Below, piece by piece: positions 37,520 to 44,697 of a stretch of DNA of 64,000 nucleotides. The stretch is from contig CBFIFQ010000001.1 of NCBI GenBank assembly GCA_965661905.1, positions 1,138 to 65,137 on the forward strand, read 5' to 3'. The notes beneath the pieces are model-generated. The model made no database searches. It was not told the origin of the DNA and saw nothing but the letters and a program-made list of their open reading frames with translations. This DNA is from Opitutales bacterium. GTDB lineage: Bacteria > Verrucomicrobiota > Verrucomicrobiia > Opitutales > Seribacteraceae. How positions within the stretch are numbered: position 1 is the first letter of the stretch; each line of letters opens with the position of its first letter. The translations under genes and the position numbers were made by a program.

Positions 37520-37909
37520 TTACACCCTCCCTCTGATAGCTAGGTTAAGTTCCTTGATCGAGCCTCCGACCGCACCGCTGAGATACTCATAGTTGAGTGC
37601 ATTGCGATTCATGGCTAGCATTTCTTCATCAAGCTGCACGGTGTTCCCATCCATGCGAACCGGTTTTGCCTGCCTGTCCTCAAGGCTTCTGGGGAGAAGA
37701 GATTTAACCCTGCTAAAATCCTTGCGATCAACTGCTCTCCTAAGTTCGACTGAAAAAGTTTTAGGTAAATCGCGACGCTTGAAGCCTGGGGTTTCAACAT
37801 TTGCTAAATTGTTGGATAACGCCTCATGACGAAGGTGGGTAGCATCAAGTAGTTTCTTGGAAACCAAATAGTTTTCCTGTGAATAAAGATTGTCTAAAAT
37901 TACAGCCAT
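37520..37909 (-). CDS. flgB: flagellar rod protein FlgB
   Basis: LSNNLANVETPGFKRRDL lies about 31 aa after the ATG at 37909. The track start at 37939 would place the sigma-54 promoter inside the CDS. Confidence 0.9.
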   Translation of the reverse strand: MAVILDNLYSQENYLVSKKLLDATHLRHEALSNNLANVETPGFKRRDLPKTFSVELRRAVDRKDFSRVKSLLPRSLEDRQAKPVRMDGNTVQLDEEMLAMNRNALNYEYLSGAVGGSIKELNLAIRGRV

Positions 37910-37922
37910 TTGTGGCAAACAA

Positions 37923-37938
37923 TGCAAGGATTGCGCCA
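37923..37938 (-). promoter_or_regulatory. sigma-54 (-24/-12) promoter candidate for the flgB block
   Basis: The minus strand reads TGGCGCAATCCTTGCA, with GG-N10-GC spacing and TGGC/TTGCA cores. The -12 C is at 37924, with 14 nt between it and the ATG at 37909. Confidence 0.65.
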
Positions 37939-38084
37939 AAAAATGTCGACATTCTTAGGTGAATTAACAGCGGATTAAGTAATTCGAAATCAATTTTTAC
38001 AGGTAAAAGGGTAATTTGCTAGGTAATTTTTTCCCTTTCCCTCTTTTTAAGTCTAATTTTATTGTCTGATTTTTTTTTTGATGA

Positions 38085-39686
38085 ATGATGAATGGTTCAT
38101 ACATGAAATCTCCAAATTTTGAGAATTGCCAAATCTGGCTTTGTCCGAAGGGAAAAATTTTAAACTGCTCAGAATCTTTTGCGTCCTGGGTTGGCAGAAG
38201 CACACAGGAACTGATAAATCATTCATTTCAGGCATTGATTACATCCCTTAATCATTCTTGGAGTGGAATTGTAAAGAATGGCTTGAAGGAAAAAAACTTT
38301 GAGGGCTTCCTGCCTTTTGAAAGCCATGACGGAAGCTCATCACTTGGGGTACACTTAACCTGTTTGAGCTCTCCTGATCATACCGTCATATCTTTGTCCC
38401 CTGCCCTCGCACCTCATGAAGATTTAAAAAAAGCGTTTATGGGTGACCTGATGAATGACCCACGTGCCTTAGCCAATACTTTAATAAGATTACAGAAGGC
38501 TGAGAGCCGATTATCGGATTATATTAGTAATTTCCCGGGTATCTTTTTCACCCAACGACCGGACCTGACTTTCAGCTATCTTTCAAGAGGTATTCAAAAG
38601 CTTTTCCCGAAAGAACATAAGGAGTTTTCTAGAAATGGAGGTTTATTTGTTAGTAAGATTTTCGAGCAAGATCGGGAGCACTTTCATCATATGCTTTCCA
38701 CTCACTCGCAAAAACCCGAAACATTTAGCTTTAGTTACCGGGTAGAACTTCCCCCTACTGGGCAGTTAATCTATCTCTTAGATGTCAGGACCCCGATCTT
38801 GACGGCAACGAACCGATTACTTGGGTATGATGGAGTTTTCATTGACATTACACGGCAAGCAATCGCGGAACACCGTGTTTCCAATTCTGTCTGGAGAGAA
38901 GGGTTGGCAACATTGACCAATGGATTGGTTCATGACTTCAGCAATCTGATGGCTGGTATTTATTCCATATCAGAACTCTATCATGGCATGGTTGAAAAAG
39001 ATGACCCCATGGCAAATGGCCTGGGTCAAATTCGTAAAAGCACCATGCAAGCCCAGAAGTTGGTCAGAAGGATTATCGATTTACATCGGGAAAAACCTGC
39101 AACCCGAGCGATCCACGACATTCGATTACTGCTGAAGGATCAAATGGATTTAATTCAGATCATTATTCCTCGAAGTGCTAAAATTAAGACTGATTTCGGG
39201 AAAGAACCACTTCCTGTCTTCCTTGAAGAGACTGGATTCAGGCAGGTTGTTTTAAACTTGGCAATTAATGCCCGTGATGCAATCCCCCGAAATGGGAAAA
39301 TTAAAATCATTGCCCGCATGGTGAAGAAGGGAGACCGTATGATGAAAGGGGCATGGGGCGGCGAAAGAGTAGCTTCAGTCAGGGGGGCAGAGATATCCTT
39401 TAGTGATAATGGGTGCGGTGTTTCGGCTGAGATTGCTGAGTATTTATTTGATCCTTTCTTTACCACTAAAGAATCTGCAAGTGGATCTGGTTTTGGGCTC
39501 TACAATTCCAAGCTTTTCATTGAAGATCACAATGGCGAGATTGGTTTCACATCAACTCCCGGACATGGATCTGTATTTTATCTTTTTATTCCTTTTGCTT
39601 TGCTAGACGAAGATAGTGAAAGGAATGTTAAAACTGCTAAAAGAGCGAGCCGAGAATTCTCAAAAAAAAGGCAGTCTCGTAAATAA
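38085..39686 (+). CDS. cytoplasmic PAS-domain sensor histidine kinase (no receiver domain)
   Basis: H-box LVHDFSNLMAGI, N-box VVLNLAINARDAI, G1 FSDNGCGV, F/G2 LFDPFFTTK...GSGFGLYNSKLFIEDHNGEI. No TM segment is present. It is divergent from flgB. Confidence 0.85.
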   Translation: MMNGSYMKSPNFENCQIWLCPKGKILNCSESFASWVGRSTQELINHSFQALITSLNHSWSGIVKNGLKEKNFEGFLPFESHDGSSSLGVHLTCLSSPDHTVISLSPALAPHEDLKKAFMGDLMNDPRALANTLIRLQKAESRLSDYISNFPGIFFTQRPDLTFSYLSRGIQKLFPKEHKEFSRNGGLFVSKIFEQDREHFHHMLSTHSQKPETFSFSYRVELPPTGQLIYLLDVRTPILTATNRLLGYDGVFIDITRQAIAEHRVSNSVWREGLATLTNGLVHDFSNLMAGIYSISELYHGMVEKDDPMANGLGQIRKSTMQAQKLVRRIIDLHREKPATRAIHDIRLLLKDQMDLIQIIIPRSAKIKTDFGKEPLPVFLEETGFRQVVLNLAINARDAIPRNGKIKIIARMVKKGDRMMKGAWGGERVASVRGAEISFSDNGCGVSAEIAEYLFDPFFTTKESASGSGFGLYNSKLFIEDHNGEIGFTSTPGHGSVFYLFIPFALLDEDSERNVKTAKRASREFSKKRQSRK

Positions 39687-40112
39687 TTATTCAATTACTG
39701 GGGTCACCACACCCTTGTTGTAGTTTATCCTGGAGCGTATCCTGTTATCCTTGTCATACATAATCATTTCTCCGTGGAGAATCCCGTTTTGATAGTGAGC
39801 CTCGACCCTCGAGCCATCCTTTGAGCTAAATATGCTTAGACCATTAAGTTTACCATCGAGGTAACGCTTTTCCTTGGAGGCATTCAGGTCTTTAGTCACA
39901 AGAAGGCCTTCAAATTTCTTTTTTGTCTTAGCATTTATTAAGGTTATCGAATCATTTAAATCTGTTTCCAATTCAAATTGATCCGCAAACTCACTTTCGG
40001 TGCCAACCCACGCAGAAGGATTATCCGTCAGCCCACTGCCCTCATTTTGGTTCTCACAATTCACCAGAAAGACAGCATAGGAGCATATAGATAGGCGAAA
40101 AAAAAGCGTCAT
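39687..40112 (-). CDS. putative lipoprotein with MORN-variant (YwqK-like) repeats
   Basis: A signal-like N-terminus ends in FLVNC. Repeats such as YLDGKLNGLSIFSSKDGSRVEAHYQNGILHGEMIMYDKDNRIRSRINYNKG follow. Confidence 0.45.
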   Translation of the reverse strand: MTLFFRLSICSYAVFLVNCENQNEGSGLTDNPSAWVGTESEFADQFELETDLNDSITLINAKTKKKFEGLLVTKDLNASKEKRYLDGKLNGLSIFSSKDGSRVEAHYQNGILHGEMIMYDKDNRIRSRINYNKGVVTPVIE

Positions 40113-40117
40113 AGTAA

Positions 40118-40675
40118 TTAAACGAAATCGGCAAACTCGTAGAGCTGTGGATCCCGGGTTAGTTTTTTTGGCTTGTTTTTTTTGGCCTTCACGCCGGACC
40201 GGCTTTCCTTTTCTTCAGTATTTGAATCAGTACCATCGGTAAAATCACCCATTTGGTCTTCTAAAATATCTGGGTCAACTCCCTCCTCGAGTTTTCGCAC
40301 AACTTCCTCCATTTGCTGGTCCATTTTTTCCCCGGTCAAATCACACATTTTTCTCATTAGGGAACCCATTTGCTTCGGGTCTGGGTTATCGTCATCCATT
40401 CCTTTCATAGAATTTTCCAGCTCCTGCATTACCGCATTGGCTTTTTTTGGGTCTAAACCATCAAATGGGTTTGCGTTGTCAGAATCACTGTCTCCATTAT
40501 CTTGGCTTTCGGCGTCGTCAGAATTCCCGGTTATGGAAAAAGCAGAAAGTAATTTTTTCATTTTATGCTTTTTGCCATCTGGGCAATAAGGAACCCTGTC
40601 TGCAAATGATAATGAACGGGCAAAAAAAGAATAAATCTTACCGGTTGATGGAGAATAAAACTCGTATATTGGCAT
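40118..40675 (-). CDS. FmdB-like protein with a degenerate zinc ribbon and an acidic disordered tail
   Basis: MPIYEFYSPSTGKIYSFF...VPYCPDGKKHKMKKLLSAF parallels the FmdB N-terminus (MPIYEY.C..CG...CP.CG), but only one Cys remains. Confidence 0.4.
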   Translation of the reverse strand: MPIYEFYSPSTGKIYSFFARSLSFADRVPYCPDGKKHKMKKLLSAFSITGNSDDAESQDNGDSDSDNANPFDGLDPKKANAVMQELENSMKGMDDDNPDPKQMGSLMRKMCDLTGEKMDQQMEEVVRKLEEGVDPDILEDQMGDFTDGTDSNTEEKESRSGVKAKKNKPKKLTRDPQLYEFADFV

Positions 40676-40871
40676 TTGAATTGTTTGAAGCGTTATAACT
40701 CATCATAATAATGATATCATAAATGCCATCAAAACATTTTCGGTCAAGATCGCAATCTCTAGCAATCAGGTAGGTTATATTGTTGCGATTCTGTACACTT
40801 TTTTTCTGCAGGCTTTAACAGGGATTCCTCAACCTGATTACTTAGAGCATGCAAATGCAAACACATTACTC

Positions 40872-41189
40872 GTGCTACTTTCCCAAGAAGTTTTTGACTA
40901 CCCTTTCTGGCTTCAGGACCTAAGTCACTTTCCTTTATTTTTTGTTTTCACCTGGCTTTGGGCACGGTGCAACGGGCCAATCTCAAGTGAGTCCTTAAAG
41001 TCTACAGTCAGCCTCGTTTCCTTAACCATAGGATACGCCATTGGAAATGAATTAATGCAGTTTTTTATTCCGAACCGATTCCCTTCACTTGGAGATTTGA
41101 TCATGAACTTATTTGGTGTAATAAGCAGTCTCTTATCTCACAAGTACTATTATTACAGGGTGATAAAACGAAGAGGAATATCCCCCTAA
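40872..41189 (+). CDS. VanZ-like membrane protein (start uncertain)
   Basis: GYAIGNELMQFFIPNRFPSLGDLIMNLFGVISSLL matches the VanZ core. The frame is open from 40689, but the first canonical start is GTG 40872. Confidence 0.55.
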   Translation: MLLSQEVFDYPFWLQDLSHFPLFFVFTWLWARCNGPISSESLKSTVSLVSLTIGYAIGNELMQFFIPNRFPSLGDLIMNLFGVISSLLSHKYYYYRVIKRRGISP

Positions 41190-42457
41190 GAATGTAAGGC
41201 AGCTTCTCTCTCAAGAATTGTGGGGTGAGAGTAGTGAAAAGCAGAAATCCACTTATGGGGAAGTGGGTAAGTTAAATTTTCCTTGTAAAGTTTTCGTAGT
41301 GCGTGAACTAGGGGCATGGGATCCCCCATGATTTCTTTTGCAAAATTATCCGCTTCGTACTCATGCTTTCTGGACAGGATATTGCTTATCGGGCTGAACC
41401 AATAAGTCAGGAAACCCAAACTCAATGAGAAAAGTACTATAACTGAAGATAAAGAACCGTGCAGCTCAGTTGGAAATTGCACCGATTTGTAAATCCAGGG
41501 GCTTGATAAGGCGTAGGCAATAAAACCAAACATGAGTAAACCTGTAATAAATGATAAAATAAGTTTTTTGGGGATATGACCTTTTATGTAATGACCCACT
41601 TCATGAGCTAAGACCGCCTCAATTTCTTCCGGTTTCATTTGCTCAATCAAGGTGTCATACAAAACAATCCTTCGAAACTTACCAAAGCCGGTAAAAAAGG
41701 CATTGGAATGACCAGACCTTTTGCTTCCATCTATGACTTCAATGGTATGGGCATGAAAACCACTTCTCTCTGCAAGAGAAATCAGCCTATCCTTAAGTTC
41801 CCCATCTTCCAGGGGGCTAAGCTTGTTAAATAAAGGAAGAATTAGCTTGGGCCAAAGGACCATCATCACAAGCTGGATAAAGAAAAATATAAGAAAAGAG
41901 AGAACCCACCAAAAAACTGGAAATATAGTCGAAAGCTGGCGATATAAAAAAATGAGAAGAGACAATATTAAGAAACCAAGAATAAAACCAATAATTACTC
42001 CCTTAATCTTATCCGTTACCCAGAGTTTTTTTGTGGATTTATTGAAACCATATTTTACCTCAATAACGAATTGATTATACCAATCCAAAGGCAATGCTGG
42101 AATTTGAAGAAGAAAAAGGAATATACATGTAAAAAAGGCACTTGCCCAAACACTAGCTTGAGCAGATGTGTTAAACTCCTGAAAATACCAAGGCATAAGC
42201 ACTAAGAAAACAGGAACAAAAACAAGGAATCCAATGATTTCCTCTAGGTTTGAAAAGCGGGATTTAACCAATGAATAGCTAGACGTCTTACCCCAAGTTT
42301 CGCCATCCATAATACTGGACACTCCTTGGGGAGGTTTGGACTTCATACTCTTAATTTTTGATTCATTTTTCCACTTGAGTATGAGTTGGCAAATGAGTTG
42401 CAAAAAAGCGGCCGCGATAATAGTGATCTGAAGGTTGGACATGGCACGCATTATCAA
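41186..42457 (-). CDS. M48-family zinc metalloprotease (Ste24/CAAX-protease-like)
   Basis: A multi-TM N-terminal half, the HEXXH motif in AVLAHEVGHYIKGH, a downstream EYEADNFA, and a length of 423 aa. Confidence 0.85.
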   Translation of the reverse strand: MIMRAMSNLQITIIAAAFLQLICQLILKWKNESKIKSMKSKPPQGVSSIMDGETWGKTSSYSLVKSRFSNLEEIIGFLVFVPVFLVLMPWYFQEFNTSAQASVWASAFFTCIFLFLLQIPALPLDWYNQFVIEVKYGFNKSTKKLWVTDKIKGVIIGFILGFLILSLLIFLYRQLSTIFPVFWWVLSFLIFFFIQLVMMVLWPKLILPLFNKLSPLEDGELKDRLISLAERSGFHAHTIEVIDGSKRSGHSNAFFTGFGKFRRIVLYDTLIEQMKPEEIEAVLAHEVGHYIKGHIPKKLILSFITGLLMFGFIAYALSSPWIYKSVQFPTELHGSLSSVIVLFSLSLGFLTYWFSPISNILSRKHEYEADNFAKEIMGDPMPLVHALRKLYKENLTYPLPHKWISAFHYSHPTILEREAALHS

Positions 42458-42536
42458 GATCGTTAGGGTTTTGTCGAACGCAATAGAAATGTTTCGAAGA
42501 TTGATTTAAGTTGAAGATATACTAGTATGTTCTTCG

Positions 42537-42788
42537 ATGACAGTTTCCGATCAGCCAATTACTGAGCAAGGCAAGCAATCCTTCGAGAGCGCAATTCAAT
42601 CATTAGAAAGTATTGTCCTAGGATTAGAGGATGGAGATGTTGAGTTAAACGACTTAGTTAAAAAGTACAAAGAAGGTGTTGAGTTATTAAAATACTGCAG
42701 GGCTAAAGTTGAGTCGGCCGAGCTAACCCTCAAAGAAGTAAATAAATCGAAACTCATTCTCCCGGATGAAACTTTAGATGATAAATAG
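42537..42788 (+). CDS. xseB: exodeoxyribonuclease VII small subunit
   Basis: SFESAIQSLESIVLGLEDGDVELNDLVKKYKEGVELLKYCRAKVESAE. It lies immediately upstream of dxs. Confidence 0.85.
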   Translation: MTVSDQPITEQGKQSFESAIQSLESIVLGLEDGDVELNDLVKKYKEGVELLKYCRAKVESAELTLKEVNKSKLILPDETLDDK

Positions 42789-44697
42789 CCCTCTCTTAGA
42801 ATCCTTAAAATCGCCGGCTGACCTCAAGGGTTTCAACTCTTCTCAACTCGAGCTACTCTCAAGCGAAATCCGAGAGCGCATTATTCACGCTACTTCCATT
42901 AATGGTGGCCATGTTGGCCCCAATTTAGGCGTAGTCGAGCTTACCATTGCATTACACTTAGCATTTGAATCTCCTCGCGATTCTTTTTGCTGGGATGTTT
43001 CCCATCAGGGTTATGTGCACAAGCTACTGACAGGACGAATCGATGAGCGTTTTGATAAAATCCGGAATACTGACGGATACAGTGGCTTTTTATCTAGGGA
43101 CGAAAGCGAACATGACGCTTATGGGGCTGGCCACGCAGGAACCGCACTCTCAGCTGCATTGGGAATGTGTATGGCCAGAGATTTAAATAAAGGGGACGAG
43201 CATGTTGTGGCTATCGCAGGGGATGCTGCTTTCACTTGTGGTATTACCTTGGAAGCACTCAACAACATCGCCTGTTCGACCAAGAAGTTCATCCTTGTAC
43301 TCAATGATAATGAGTGGTCTATTGCCAAAAATGTTGGTGCCTTCTCAAGGTACTTCAACGAGTTAATAGCGAATCCCATTTACAATAAATTCCACAAAGA
43401 CGCAGAGGCTTTTCTATCTGCTATGCCCGGCGGAAAATCTTTAATGAAATTCGTTTCCAAGGCGAAGCGTGACACAAAAGAATTATTGGCCCCTTCCAGT
43501 ATTTTTGAAAAACTTGGCATTCGATATCTCGGCCCGATTGATGGCCACGACATAGATTCCCTCGTTCATTTTTTTGAATTCGCAAAACAGTCCGATGAAC
43601 CCATCGTATTGCATATCTTGACCGAGAAAGGTCGGGGCTATCCTGTTGCACTCAAAGAGCCGGAGAAATGGCATGGTTCCGGGCCATTCGATAAGGATTC
43701 GGGCGTAATGGTAAGTTCACCTGCAGGTTCTCCCCCCAAATACCAAGATGTTTTTGGTAATGCACTTTCTTTGATTGCAACCAGTGATGACCGTGTGGTG
43801 GGTATCACCGCTGCGATGCCAAGTGGAACTGGCTTGGACTCTTTCCAGGAGAACTTCCCGGGGCGATTCTTTGATGTTGGCATTGCCGAAGAACATGCAG
43901 TCTTACTTGCGGCAGGTATGGCTTGTAAAGGACTTCGCCCCGTCTGTGGAATTTATTCAACTTTTCTCCAGCGTGCCTTTGATCCGATCGTGCATGATGT
44001 TTGCTTGCAAAATTTACCCGTCACTTTTTGCCTTGATCGGGCTGGTTTATCACCGAACGATGGCCCTACTCACCATGGGCTGTTTGATATTTCCTATTTA
44101 AGTTGCGTCCCTAATGCAGTAATTATGCAACCTCGCCACGAAGACGAATTGCAGGACATGCTCTACACTTCCATTAATCATGATGGCCCATCTTTCATCC
44201 GTTATCCACGAGGAACTGCTCTTGGTGTGCCAATTTCCCCTTCTCCTAATTCGCTGGACATTGGGAAAGCTGAAGTTATCGAGGAGGGGACTTTAGGGGC
44301 GATCTGGGCGATTGGTGACTTTGTTGCCGAAGCCCTATCAATCAATCAATTGATTAACGATGAATATGGCAAAAAATTCACCATTGTAAACGCCAGGTTT
44401 ATCAAACCTTTGGACGCAGGCTTGCTTTCCGAACATGGAAAAAAATACAAGTTAATTGCCACGATGGAAGATGGTGTTTTGCGAGGCGGGTTTGGTTCAT
44501 CGGTTGTTGATTTCCTGAATGACCTCAAGTCAGACTCAGATGTTCTTAGGTTTGGTTGGCCCGACAAATTTATTTCTCACGGAAGTTCGGTTACTCAACT
44601 CAGAAAAGAACACTCCCTTGACCTGCAGTCTATTTACAAAAAACTTTGTGCGGCCCTGCCAGGTAAATTGATAGCCCAAAACCATTTAGTTTCCTAG
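42778..44697 (+). CDS. dxs: 1-deoxy-D-xylulose-5-phosphate synthase
   Basis: INGGHVGPNLGVVELTIALH, GAGHAGTALSAALGM and GDAAFTCGITLEALNN (ThDP motif). Length is 639 aa. Confidence 0.95.
   Translation: MINSPLLESLKSPADLKGFNSSQLELLSSEIRERIIHATSINGGHVGPNLGVVELTIALHLAFESPRDSFCWDVSHQGYVHKLLTGRIDERFDKIRNTDGYSGFLSRDESEHDAYGAGHAGTALSAALGMCMARDLNKGDEHVVAIAGDAAFTCGITLEALNNIACSTKKFILVLNDNEWSIAKNVGAFSRYFNELIANPIYNKFHKDAEAFLSAMPGGKSLMKFVSKAKRDTKELLAPSSIFEKLGIRYLGPIDGHDIDSLVHFFEFAKQSDEPIVLHILTEKGRGYPVALKEPEKWHGSGPFDKDSGVMVSSPAGSPPKYQDVFGNALSLIATSDDRVVGITAAMPSGTGLDSFQENFPGRFFDVGIAEEHAVLLAAGMACKGLRPVCGIYSTFLQRAFDPIVHDVCLQNLPVTFCLDRAGLSPNDGPTHHGLFDISYLSCVPNAVIMQPRHEDELQDMLYTSINHDGPSFIRYPRGTALGVPISPSPNSLDIGKAEVIEEGTLGAIWAIGDFVAEALSINQLINDEYGKKFTIVNARFIKPLDAGLLSEHGKKYKLIATMEDGVLRGGFGSSVVDFLNDLKSDSDVLRFGWPDKFISHGSSVTQLRKEHSLDLQSIYKKLCAALPGKLIAQNHLVS

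Noticed and set aside
37910-37939. Ten-codon N-terminal extension of FlgB (MAQSLHCLPQ).
   Set aside because: It contains the sigma-54 promoter element, and the ATG at 37909 gives the usual spacing to the SNNLAN motif.
39687-40112. The MORN/YwqK-like protein as an antitoxin of a toxin-antitoxin pair.
   Set aside because: No toxin-like neighbour exists. The protein has a signal/lipobox-like N-terminus and is flanked by unrelated genes.
42501-42523. Sigma-70-like hexamers TTGATT and TATACT upstream of xseB.
   Set aside because: The spacer is only 11 nt, which is outside the functional range. The promoter consensus for this lineage is also unknown.
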